The translations under genes and the position numbers were made by a program. The notes under the pieces are model-generated. The model worked only from the letters and a program-made list of their open reading frames with translations, made no database searches and had not been told where the DNA came from. DNA of 39,719 nt from Paramoeba atlantica (lineage: Eukaryota > Protista > Discosea), in the NCBI GenBank assembly GCA_977017575.1, contig CDRNVI010000165.1, positions 1-39,719 of the forward strand, written 5' to 3'. Within the stretch, counting starts at the first letter, position 1. Every line of letters begins with the position of its first letter. Below are positions 23,537 through 33,656 of the stretch, piece by piece.

Positions 23537-23652
23537 GAAGACAAAGACAAAGATGAAGATGAAGATGAAGACAAAGACAAAGATGAAGACAAAGACAAAG
23601 ACAAAGACAAAGACAAGACAAAAACAAAGATAAAAACAAAGATGAAGACAAA
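23537..23652. repeat. Hexamer microsatellite (GACAAA/GATGAA)n
   Basis: About 19 tandem 6-bp units of two alternating variants. Confidence 0.9.
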
Positions 23653-23689
23653 AGGGAGGGAGCAGGAGCAGCTCCTGCAGCAGGGCTTT

Positions 23690-26270
23690 TGCACCCCCAG
23701 CAATTCCAATGGTGGTATCCAACAGATTGTGGTCATAGAGGTGTTTCTCATAAGCAGCCACCATCTTAAACATTCTGAGGAGCAAGTGGGAACTGGACAC
23801 GCAATTTGGTCTTCCGGGTGCTCATTTCGTTGAACCAAGGATTGCACTAACTCTTCTTTCCCTTTGAGGGCCCACAAGTCTCCAAATGATGAGCACAAAG
23901 AAGGCAGAGAAGAGAGGTTGAATTTTGTTGTTTTTTTGTTCGTGGTTTGATCAAAACCAGAAAGTCATCTTTGTAAAACACAACCCCACAGATTGGTCAT
24001 TATATTTCAGGGATTGTGAACGGCCCACAGCTCCTTTTGGGACACTCCATGATCGATCAACAAGAAACCATTTCACCAACTCAAAAAATCCACAGGCAAC
24101 AATGCAAGCATATTCCCAGAGACAAGGGAACCGGATTTTCCATCGAACCAAAGAAAAAACGTTTTCCACAATATTGGTGCCTAGAATGGAAGTCTTGGTC
24201 AATTCAGAGGAGTGGGTTGGGTGTCATCCAAAAAAATCTTTCAGATTCTTCATGGTGGTTATCACTTGTGTGTTAAAAGTTATTTAACACAAAATGCTTC
24301 TTGTTAGGACACCATTTTTTCCATTGTTGAAAAAGGTTCAAAACACTCTCAATCTCTTGGCATTGTGTTCAAACTTCGAAAGGCTATTGTCCGAAACAAC
24401 CTGATAAACATTTCGAATTGCTCACAAATAAAGACACAAGGCAAGGCAAAAGTCCTTTTGTGTTGTCGTGAAGGATATTGATATTTCGGTGTTTTTTGCG
24501 AATGATTCAAGGTCCTCAATGTGGTTGACTAATCACAGTACAGGGGAAATGGCTTGTTTTGTCGGATGGATGAAAGATTTCGAAATCAAAAAAATTTAGC
24601 AACTGACCGTGCTTTTTCCAAATCAAAAAGAGAGCTCTTTCAAACTCAGCAAAAACACAGATAGGCTCATCTCCGTTCTTTTCATCTCATTCTCATCAAA
24701 GATAACACCATCATCACCCTCTTTCTTCTTCTCTTCCTTCTTCACCATTGCACCAGCACTGGGGACTTTCTTCAGCATCATCACCAACCATCATCATCAA
24801 TTGGATAAAACATCCCCTCCAAACTAGTGAATGGGGGGGGATCATTATGGGAACTTCATCACCATCTTCCTCATCACCATCTTCCTCATCACCATCTTCC
24901 TCATCACCAACAGTCAGTGGTACCACCCTTCTTTGATCCATCGATGAGGGGGGAGGGGGGGCGATGGAACAAAGAAGAAGTTTATGCCATCGATTTTTTC
25001 TTCTTCCATTGTTGGGCTTTCAACAGAGAGAGGAGGGAGTTGGTCAATAAAAAAAGAGGAAACTCAAGGCACTTGTTCAAGAGTTGGTTTCTCCCTAACT
25101 TCACAAAATGAATGTAATCGAAGATGTGCAGAATCTTACTCTTCTTTTTTTTAAGATTTGTGAGATACTTGCCCGACCCTTTGAAACCATCCGTTGATGT
25201 CCATGTGACAAAAATCTCTTGTTTTTTTGAGAGCATCTTCGAGTTGTCCCACTTGTTTAAGCAATAATTGCTCTCCAGAAAACCCAACTGTCGGGTAATA
25301 GGCCAGTTTAAGGGGCAGATAGTCCCACAATTTAAGATAAAGAAAAAGTGGTTCACCTTCTTTGCTAAGTCGTTCACATATGCAAAATAATTCGAACTTC
25401 TACTGCTGAAGTTCTCAACTTGAAGAGAAGAAACTCACAATATTTCTGACGCTTGACCAATCAACTGATTTGATGAGCGAAGATAAAAACCAACAACCTT
25501 GACCGAATTTCAATCTCATCAGAAACCAAACCTCCAAGAAATTTCGAATATTCCCAGTCCCCATTCAATTTTCATTCATCCCCAAACATTTTTCGAATTG
25601 CCTCACATTTCAGTGGAAGGTCCTCTTGAGAGTAAGAATCAATTGGGGGAAGAAACTCTTTCATCTTTGTAAGAGAAGGAGCAAAAAGATTGAATTTCAA
25701 GGGGGTTCAATTTCCAAATAGCCACCTTTGTTTCCTTGCCCTTGAAAACCTACTCCTATGAGTGTTCGAATTGTCTTCTTCCCACCAACAAATAAGATGG
25801 AAGAGAAAAAGTAAAGAACATCTGGATTCCATCAGGATTGCTCGACCATCAGGTGCTGCCAATGCCTTCAGTTGTTGCTCAATGAAGGGTGTAATGAAAT
25901 GATTGAAACCAACGATCACCATACTTTTCGTTCGCTCTTTTCACTAAATCGAGGAAAGACTCATTATGATTTAATCCAAACAGCATCCTCATTTTGTTCC
26001 AAATTATCCACAGCCAAATATGTTGTTGGTGATGAATCACGCTCTTCAATTGTTTTTCGGTACAATTTCCCTTTCACAAGTTCTTTGATAAAAAACCTTT
26101 AAAAAACTTTCTAAATCTCTTTTTTTTTTGAAAATAATAAAAAATAAAAAAATAAAATCTCTCTTCTGAAGAAAATAAAATAAAATAAAACCTGAGTTGT
26201 TCACTGGACAAAGCCTTCTCAAGTATGCCAATGAGCATCACAGGAATCACAAAGAAGGTTATACTTCCCA
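23690..26270 (-). pseudogene. P-element/THAP9-like DDE transposase pseudogene with a downstream C2H2 finger
   Basis: Motifs in P-family order: LVSDEIEIR...YLRSSNQLIG (DE at 25515-25520), DLAKKVNHFFF, TSTDGF (~25190), IFDYIHFVKLGRNQLL (~25100), PFQQWKKWCPNKKHF and NIVENVFSLVRWKIRFPCLWEYA (~24150). CPVPTC-x12-HLYDH near 23735-23810 needs removal of 2 nt. Many stops; the outer limits are approximate. Confidence 0.62.
24856..24909. repeat. 15-bp tandem repeat TCATCACCATCTTCC, 3.6 copies (encodes GDEED repeats on the minus strand)
   Basis: Exact repeats at 24856, 24871 and 24886, and a partial one at 24901. Confidence 0.9.
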
Positions 26271-26275
26271 TTTGT

Positions 26276-29200
26276 AAAAAAAAAAAAAATCAGGTTGGTT
26301 CAAGGAGACTTTCCTTGCCCAATCTGATTTTCTTTCCTTCACCCGCCGTGTTGGTGAAACCCCGCCTAGTTGAGCACTTCAGAGAAATCTGTTATGTCCA
26401 GTGGAAAGAGTACATCCTCTTCCCCTAAGGGCTCCCAGAATGGGTCCCACTCCCCCTTGTATTCGAAGAACGAAAAAAAAAACACAAACCCAAGTGGGAA
26501 TTCTGAAGAATTTCCAATCAAATCGACCTCGAAGAGAGCGCCTGAGGAAGGATGGTGGTTGCGAGTCGAGAAAGAAATACCGAAGACCTTGTCCCATATT
26601 GGAACTGAGGTTAACCCTGTGAAGAACAACGCAATAATTCGCCCCATCTTTGTAATGGGTTCCTTTTGTTTCTATGAAGGAATGCCAAACTATCAGAGAG
26701 CAATGGCCACACTCAACAAAGTCCCTAAGCTGAGAGGGAACTTCCTCTTGCGTGTTATGAAAGGCCACCTCAACGTGGCCACCTTCGACGAAGAAACGCG
26801 CGAACCCCTGGAGAAAGTCATTCTGGAAAATGGTTCCTTCCTCGCAACCGGTTTTGGGAAGCCCTTTGTCTGGAAGAACAACCAGGATTGGAATTTATGG
26901 GGCTTTAAACTCCGTGTCCCCTTTTTAATCAAAGGGGAAGAGTGGATCCAAAGATTGTTTATTGGCGAATCTGCTCTTCCTCGCCATGGATTAAGAGAGG
27001 TGGCTCAGATCAGCGACAATTGTATTGTCATCTTCTATGATGTAATCCCTCTTATTCTGACACGTATTATTGCCAAGCACAGAGGTTCTTTTATTATTAA
27101 CAATGAGTTCCAAGGTAGGATCTCTCTGTGGACCCCTATGAGTCCCTTTCACGAGAAAGTAAATTGCCAAGTGTGTGAGATTTCACACTCAAGGCATTTA
27201 AAATGTGCAAAGGAGATTGTGGACAAGGAGGGAGAGGGAGGAATCATCAAAAAGTTAAATAATGAGACAGACTCTCGGAGGAAATCTCCTTCCCTTCCTG
27301 TGACAATCACGAAATTGAGGGAACAGTCTCATAAAAGATTTATTATTCCTACAGAGTCCTCGACTAATCAAGAGAACCAAGGTACGAATCTCTCTCTGTC
27401 CCAATTTCCCATATTATCAAATCCCAATCAGAGGGCACCACCCTCAATGAAGTCTGCTGACCCTCGTCCCTCATCTACAACCCCGATGGAGGTCGATCAA
27501 AGCACAAACGTGAGGGAAACCGCTCTTCGAGAAGGTTCCTCCAAGGAAAAATCAGCCCCTTCAAGAAGTAATCAACCCAAATCTTCGCTCAAGACTACTA
27601 AACCTCGTAAGGAATCGGCCTCCCAAACTCCGGCCGCATCATCTCGCTTGGGCAGTACATCAGAAACCCCAACAATCCCTCAAAAAGATATGATGGATTT
27701 CCTTGAAGACATTGTTGCTGAAACTGACGCTGAGAGGGGGGTTATTTTAATTGAGGATGAGGACGAGATTTCCCCAGACGTGAGCAGACCTCGATTCTCA
27801 TCCGATCCAATTTCTGGGAGCAAATGGTCGATGACTATCCACGACACTGAAGGGGCTTGGAAAATATTAGATGGGGCGAATTTCCAGTGTGAGTGGGAGA
27901 GGACTGAAGATAGCCTTGGGAAGTTGAAGAGTGAGTTGGAAAAAGGACAGCTTAAATGGGAGTCGAGTTTTGATGCAGACTTCCTTGGCCACATTATTGA
28001 TAGGGTGGTTGAGGAACTGAAATTAAAGCCGAAATCCAGACTGAGGAAGAGGGTGGTGTCGGAAGAAACAGTTGAGGAGAAGGAACCAACTTCTACTGGG
28101 ACCAAACCACTACCTGTAACCAAGAAGCCAGCAAAGAAGAAGAAAAAGAAAAGTAGGGAAGAGGAGAAAGGGAAAGAGGAGATAGAAGAAGAGAAAGATG
28201 AAGAGGAAAAAACAAAGGAAAATGACCGTGATAAGAGTGTCCCCACTGGTGTCCCCGGGAAGGAAAAAGCGACTTTTCCTTTTTCGGAGATCCCCGCCTC
28301 AAACGGTTTCGCGGTTCTTGGAGATTTGCATCAAATAGAATGGGGTGAGACAGTGTTGACGATGGATAGTGCTCGATTCCCTGAGTCAAGCAATGTTTCA
28401 TCCTCCTCATCTTCCCCCCCCTCATAAAGGAAAGAATGAAAGGAAAGAAAAACAACAACAATCTAAAATCTTTCTTTCCATCACTGAAGGACCCTTGTGC
28501 TTCCTCTGACTCTTCCGTTATTGATCTTCGTCAAAAAACAAACCTTGCCTCCCCAACCCCTCAAGCACCTGACTTGGTGTCCCAACCCCCTTCATCTTCT
28601 TTCCTCCCTCCCTTCCCTGCGCCGCCGCTTCCAAACCTGTATCAGTATAACAAATTCCCAGACATGAGGATTTTATCATGGAACATCAATGGTGTTCACA
28701 ATGATGAAAAACTCAACCTTTGCCGTAGAATGGCTGCAAGTTGCCGTCCTCTGTTTATTTTGCTTCAAGAAACCCATGCCGCATCTGAAAAAGATCTCGA
28801 TCATCTCAAGAATTGTTTGAGGAAATATTTGTGGTTCAAAGACCCCTTCTCGGAACGGAAGCGGGGCCTTGCCATTGGAGTCAGAAGAATGGAAGGCCTC
28901 CATGATATAGAACCATACCCAATTGAAAGCTCTGAGAGTGGTTTGTTTGGACTGAGAACCAAGATTTTCAATACTGAATATGCTGTGATGAATGTCTACC
29001 GTCATTGCGATCTGAAACTTCCCTTTATGCAAGACCAAATTGGAAAGTTCTTCTCCAAAGATGGACTGAACGTTCTGGGAGGTGACTTCAACTGGGATCT
29101 TAACGAAACCCCTTTTAAAGAGCTCGCAGAATCCTCTGAATCTTGGAATCTATCAAGACTGGGGTGGTCAGAACCAACCCATTTCCAAGGACGATGTATC

Positions 29201-32159
29201 GATCATGTCTTTATTCCCTCGAACGCTCCTAGCGAAAGGATTTTTGTTAACGCGATCCCTTCAGGCTTTAAGGACCATGCGATGATCGTAGGTGGAACTA
29301 GTATCAAAGAATGGGAGTTGAAATCTAACAAGAAGAGAATCCCTGAATACCTCATTAAAGATCCTAAATTTATTAATGCCCTCATTAATGAAGTTGGGGA
29401 CTATGTGGAAGGTGATCCTGTCAGTTGTCTTACTAAACTCAAGGAGAAGGCGTGGGAATTAGTCCCTCTATGGAAAGACAAAGGGAAAGAAGCTCACCTT
29501 TTCAAAGAACTATGGAAACTCCAGACAATCATCAAACGCCTTGCAAAAACCAGGATTTTAAGGAAAACTTCAGCCATACACTCTTTCTCTTCGTTGGAAC
29601 TCGAACTTCTTCATACAGCTGCGATAGGATGGAATGGCTCTCGAGATGACAAGAAATGGAGAATCAAAGCTATTCCTAGAATGATCAAAGCTGGGATGGA
29701 TCGAACTGCAGTTCTCGAACAACAACTCGGAATTTTTGTGGATGAACACCCCTCGCGCCCTGGTCGTAAATCTTCTCCCCATGTTAAAGGTGTAATTGTA
29801 GATGGAGTGATCTCTCGTGATGATAATGTGGTTAAAAAAGCAATTAAGGACTTTTGGGAGAGCCTTCTCAGTACAGAAAGACCATATAACAAGGATTCTC
29901 TCGACGAACTGATTGCTGACCATCATCCTCGCTTTCCCCCAGTTGAGAGACATGATGTTGACAGGAAGAAAGTTGATAAACTTCTTCAGAGAACCAATAA
30001 CACCAGTGCAGGACCCGATGGTATCCCTTTCTCTTTATATAAGGCGACACAAGAAAAGTATTTTGACATGTGGGTGGAATTAATTCAACAAGCGGGTGAG
30101 ATTATGGAGTTCCCCCCCTCTTTTGGTGAGAGCCAACTCTGTTTGATTCCCAAAGTCGAGAATATCCCCCGCCCTGACCAATTTCGACCAATCAGTGTTA
30201 CCAATTCAGATTATCGGATTGTGATGAGATATTGGGCAAAATGGCTGATGGAGATTGCAAGTGGAGTAATTTCTAAAGAACAGCATGCGATGTTTAAGGG
30301 GAGGTCAATTGACGAAGCAGTGGAATCAGTGTATGACTCTTTCTACAAAGCTCTGGCAGAAGGGAAAGACATGACCCTCCTCCAAACAGACTTTTGCAAG
30401 GCATATGATTATGTGAATCGTGATGCACTTCTTCATATTCTCAAAGGTTTGAATGCCCCCCCTCAAGCGATCTATGTTGTTGAGAAGGTGCTTCGAGAAT
30501 CTGTAACCTGGCTGCCGAATATTGGTGGATCCAAGAGGGGAGGCAACAATGATTCAATCCAAAGTCGAACTGGTGTTAGACAAGGATGCCCAATCTCCCC
30601 CCTTCTGTTTGTAATCGTGTTTGACATCCTCCTGGTGAGCTTGAAGAAGGAATACAACCCCCAAGACCTATCAGGCTTTATGGATGACTTGGGGATGGTG
30701 ATTCAGAAAGCTGAAACCATCAATTCTCTCACTCCAACCTTCAAGAAATATGAAGAAGCGACTGGAGCTAAACTGAATTTTAATAAGTGCTTTGTCCTCT
30801 CAACTGAGTCTTTCAAACCTGTAGGCCCCTGGGCTGAGATGGCAAGATCCAATTACTGTGGTGATGAAACTGTATACCTGGGAGTGAGGTTGAGTAAACG
30901 GTTATCTCCTCTTAAGGATTGGGAGAAAGTGATCCTAAAGATGAAGAAAGTTGGAGCAGCAATCAAAAAAAGGGGTGGCAATTTTCGCTCAAGAGTAAGG
31001 ATGGTCAATACCTATCTAACTCCATGCATGGGATATTTAGCGAGATTCAAACTGATTCCAAAATCTGTCGCCTCCTTGATGTGGAAGTCCATCCGCTCAG
31101 CTCTGGGTGCCTATGCCAACACAAAAACCTCCATTCTTACCTCATGCTATCCTCCCTTAGACTCAAACCCCCAACTGCGCCATCCAATTGTTTTTAACTG
31201 GGCCCTCCTCACTTCTTGTCTACCAATGAGGAGCGATTATCGGAGTCCTCTTTCCATTGGAGCCATGCAAAAGGATGCCCTTTTTGCAGCCCAAAGCCTC
31301 TCTACCAAAGTTGTGTTTGGTCAGGCCACTCAAGTTGCTTATTCCAATATGTCTCAAGTGATCCCCATTGAAATCAAAGATCTGTATGTGGGTGAAGGAA
31401 GAGCTGAGTGTGTGGTGTACAACTTGGCACATGCAATTAGGCCCCAACTTAAGAGGAATTTGATTAAGTTCCTAATAAGAGGGCTGCCTACAAGAGACAA
31501 GTTGGCTCACTTCACAAACCAAAACTCAAGTTGCCGACTCTGCCACCATGAAAAGGAGTCACGATCTCATCTTCTGGAGGAATGTTCTGTGGCTGAGGGC
31601 CTCCTCCAAGCAATGGGAAGGAAATGTATTTTGTTGAATGTACCCAGCTGGCAAGAAACTAAGAATGTGTGTGGCCTTGTCTCAAATTTTCTCACCAGAC
31701 AAGAAACCTCTGTGGTGAGTGTTGCCCTGTTGAGTTTGTGGCTCACAGTGTGTGCGGAAGGATCGAAATCACCCCAGTATGCTACTGAAATTTTCGAAAA
31801 AATCTTGAGAAAGAACAAAATCCTCCCTCGGCCCCCAAGAACCCAAACAAAGAAAGGAACCAAAGAGAAGGAAAGTTTTAAATTTAAAGGCTTTCAAGTG
31901 TTTTATGACAGTTCAGGCCGTACAGATCCTCATCTGGGGGGTGCAGGCTTTGCAGTTTTCAGGGAAGGGAAAGAGATTTGTGGTGGGTTTGAAACCATCC
32001 CTCTTGGGTCCAACAATATTGGTGAATTTACAGGCTGTTTGAAAGGAATGCAATGTGCCAGATCAATGACAAATGAGATTGAAGTTGTCAGGGATTGTAT
32101 GATTCTCACCAAGGCTGCACCCAAAACCCATGCCATCAAAAACTATGCCTTGAATGAAC
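26276..32159 (+). mobile_element. L1-like LINE (copy E), youngest copy, complete 5' end, 3' end (~0.7 kb) lost
   Basis: The 5' end matches copy B (8343-8391). Two long open ORFs and CpGs retained. The sequence stops at GCCTTGAATGAAC (32159) inside RNase H. Confidence 0.96.
26394..28427 (+). CDS. LINE ORF1 protein (~677 aa, nucleic-acid chaperone/gag-like)
   Basis: First ATG at 26394 (the track start at 26370 is a TTG). Open to TAA at 28427. Has a Ser-rich N-terminus, a knuckle-like CQVCEISHSRHLKC, and long disordered S/T/P-rich and K/E-rich tracts. Upstream of ORF2. Confidence 0.88.
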   Translation: MSSGKSTSSSPKGSQNGSHSPLYSKNEKKNTNPSGNSEEFPIKSTSKRAPEEGWWLRVEKEIPKTLSHIGTEVNPVKNNAIIRPIFVMGSFCFYEGMPNYQRAMATLNKVPKLRGNFLLRVMKGHLNVATFDEETREPLEKVILENGSFLATGFGKPFVWKNNQDWNLWGFKLRVPFLIKGEEWIQRLFIGESALPRHGLREVAQISDNCIVIFYDVIPLILTRIIAKHRGSFIINNEFQGRISLWTPMSPFHEKVNCQVCEISHSRHLKCAKEIVDKEGEGGIIKKLNNETDSRRKSPSLPVTITKLREQSHKRFIIPTESSTNQENQGTNLSLSQFPILSNPNQRAPPSMKSADPRPSSTTPMEVDQSTNVRETALREGSSKEKSAPSRSNQPKSSLKTTKPRKESASQTPAASSRLGSTSETPTIPQKDMMDFLEDIVAETDAERGVILIEDEDEISPDVSRPRFSSDPISGSKWSMTIHDTEGAWKILDGANFQCEWERTEDSLGKLKSELEKGQLKWESSFDADFLGHIIDRVVEELKLKPKSRLRKRVVSEETVEEKEPTSTGTKPLPVTKKPAKKKKKKSREEEKGKEEIEEEKDEEEKTKENDRDKSVPTGVPGKEKATFPFSEIPASNGFAVLGDLHQIEWGETVLTMDSARFPESSNVSSSSSSPPS

Positions 32160-32176
32160 AAAAAGTGAAGTTTTAA
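28436..32176 (+). CDS. LINE ORF2 polyprotein: APE endonuclease, reverse transcriptase, CCHC (zf-RVT-like), RNase H (truncated)
   Basis: APE: ILSWNING, LLQETH, NVY, GGDFN, IDHVF, DHAMI. RT: AGPDG, LIPK, FRPIS, DFCKAYD, GVRQGCPISPLLF, FMDD, YLG. Zinc finger: LPTRDKL...CRLC...ESRSHLLEEC. RNase H: VFYD...GGAG...SNNIGE...DC. The last five residues (QKVKF) come from A filler and SINE sequence. Confidence 0.96.
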   Translation: MKGKKNNNNLKSFFPSLKDPCASSDSSVIDLRQKTNLASPTPQAPDLVSQPPSSSFLPPFPAPPLPNLYQYNKFPDMRILSWNINGVHNDEKLNLCRRMAASCRPLFILLQETHAASEKDLDHLKNCLRKYLWFKDPFSERKRGLAIGVRRMEGLHDIEPYPIESSESGLFGLRTKIFNTEYAVMNVYRHCDLKLPFMQDQIGKFFSKDGLNVLGGDFNWDLNETPFKELAESSESWNLSRLGWSEPTHFQGRCIDHVFIPSNAPSERIFVNAIPSGFKDHAMIVGGTSIKEWELKSNKKRIPEYLIKDPKFINALINEVGDYVEGDPVSCLTKLKEKAWELVPLWKDKGKEAHLFKELWKLQTIIKRLAKTRILRKTSAIHSFSSLELELLHTAAIGWNGSRDDKKWRIKAIPRMIKAGMDRTAVLEQQLGIFVDEHPSRPGRKSSPHVKGVIVDGVISRDDNVVKKAIKDFWESLLSTERPYNKDSLDELIADHHPRFPPVERHDVDRKKVDKLLQRTNNTSAGPDGIPFSLYKATQEKYFDMWVELIQQAGEIMEFPPSFGESQLCLIPKVENIPRPDQFRPISVTNSDYRIVMRYWAKWLMEIASGVISKEQHAMFKGRSIDEAVESVYDSFYKALAEGKDMTLLQTDFCKAYDYVNRDALLHILKGLNAPPQAIYVVEKVLRESVTWLPNIGGSKRGGNNDSIQSRTGVRQGCPISPLLFVIVFDILLVSLKKEYNPQDLSGFMDDLGMVIQKAETINSLTPTFKKYEEATGAKLNFNKCFVLSTESFKPVGPWAEMARSNYCGDETVYLGVRLSKRLSPLKDWEKVILKMKKVGAAIKKRGGNFRSRVRMVNTYLTPCMGYLARFKLIPKSVASLMWKSIRSALGAYANTKTSILTSCYPPLDSNPQLRHPIVFNWALLTSCLPMRSDYRSPLSIGAMQKDALFAAQSLSTKVVFGQATQVAYSNMSQVIPIEIKDLYVGEGRAECVVYNLAHAIRPQLKRNLIKFLIRGLPTRDKLAHFTNQNSSCRLCHHEKESRSHLLEECSVAEGLLQAMGRKCILLNVPSWQETKNVCGLVSNFLTRQETSVVSVALLSLWLTVCAEGSKSPQYATEIFEKILRKNKILPRPPRTQTKKGTKEKESFKFKGFQVFYDSSGRTDPHLGGAGFAVFREGKEICGGFETIPLGSNNIGEFTGCLKGMQCARSMTNEIEVVRDCMILTKAAPKTHAIKNYALNEQKVKF

Positions 32177-32485
32177 ACTTCAGCTTAGTTCAGTTGGTCT
32201 TTATGTTGAACTTTAGAACTTCTGCAAGTTCAGGCTAGAGGATGCACATCAGAAGGGAGAATAATCCAAAGCTCCTTCTAAGGGAATTTATCCTCAACTT
32301 TTTAGCAAACAGGGCTGAGATGTAATCTGTTCCAATTTTCACACTTCTTCAAAAGCTCCTCACTCCAATCAAATCACTCTACAGCACCAGAAAAATTTTC
32401 TATAATATCAAAAAACTGGGATTTGAACTTGCCCCCCTGGGGTTGGACACAGTTGAATTTATGACTAAACTATGGGTGCCAACTC
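32165..32485 (-). mobile_element. tRNA-headed SINE (copy 3), lacking its 3' ~85 bp and poly(A)
   Basis: Homologous to the other copies from GTGAAGTTTTAAAC to the head (CCAACTC at 32479-32485). Joined to LINE copy E through AAAAA (32160-32164). No TSD found. Confidence 0.9.
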
Positions 32486-32524
32486 CTCAATCAAAACACT
32501 GATTTAACACTCCTTTTATCTCTG

Positions 32525-33247
32525 TCACACCCCTGTCTCAACTATGTTTTCCCTGCTCCTGCATTTTATCTCTAGTTCAAATGTTCCCCTTGTTTTTGCC
32601 CCAAGAATAAAACTCACATTTTCAACTTGTCTTTGGCACATGTGTTTCTGTTCTTTGTTTCCTGCTCTCCAATCTGTCAATCTTGACACCTTTTGGTACT
32701 GGACAGTCAGAGCAATAGAAAGCATATCACCTCCTTTAGCTGTAGCTTTCACTCCTTCCCATGCCTGATAGTATGAAGAATCTCAGGCTTTGAAAATATC
32801 TCTAACTTCTTCAAGTTGGGTGTCCTCACTCTCCTTTTCCTTGACAGCAATGTTCAAAAACTTCATTGTATGAGTCATGAAGTCCTCAGAGATATTGAAC
32901 TTGTACAAGTAAAAAGCACTTGTATCAGTATCAAGGGGTTTGTAAATGTGACTTGAAGCCATACAGAGATTGAAAACCAACTTCTAGAAGGTTTGAGGAT
33001 GACCAATGATGTCAAGTCCAAATGCCATCAACTTGAGTCATGTGAGGGTTACAGCAAGTTCATTATTTGGCCACCCATTGGTTTTCCAAACTTGATAGAG
33101 AGCATCAAGCTTTTCTGTTTTGGTTAGGTTCTTCAAGAGGCCATTGATTGCTCTTTCAATTGATTGTTGAAGAGCTTTGTCAGCCTCAAAGGATTTCTCA
33201 TCTGGTATCAGTACCAAAGCATTCTTTCCCAAATGATGGTTTTGCAT
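32525..33247 (-). pseudogene. Degraded ORF of unknown family (~240 codons with in-frame stops)
   Basis: Track ORFs 33038-33247, 32783-32980 and 32525-32752 are in the same frame, separated by stops, with protein-like composition. No motif recognised. Confidence 0.45.
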
Positions 33248-33656
33248 TGTTGCTTAAGAAAGATCTATATCTTCTTTAGCATTCTAGTTTAGCACATTAT
33301 TTTCTTTTTCATGTTTCTTGTTTTGTTGTGGGAGTTTGGTTGTTTGTTCATTCATTTAGTTTTTATTCAAAAGCAAACCAAACATTCAGCACAATCAAAT
33401 CCAGTTGATTTCTTAAAGTATCTCAGGTATTGATTTTGTTTTGGGTTGTTTTGGACATAAAAGAATCATGAAAGATCAAATCTGCTCATTCCTTTGGAAA
33501 AAAAGAAAAAGAGGTAGAGGAAGAAAAGAAGAAAAAGAAGAAAGCAAGAAAGAAATAAAAAAAAAAAAGGAAAAAAGTTTAGCCAAGTTCAGCAAAGTTA
33601 AAAGATTACATGGCATTGTTTCATTGGATAAAAAAATAAGGCAATTTTGTCAGCTG

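Noticed and set aside
26286-26395. HDV-like ribozyme at the LINE 5' end
   Set aside because: A P1-like stem with a G-U pair exists, but by eye I could not place P3/L3, P1.1 or the J4/2 catalytic C. A simple hairpin explains the sequence. A descriptor search or cleavage assay would be decisive.
28425-28438. Shine-Dalgarno-like AGGAAAGA before ORF2
   Set aside because: The element is eukaryotic and the context purine-rich, so a short match is expected by chance.
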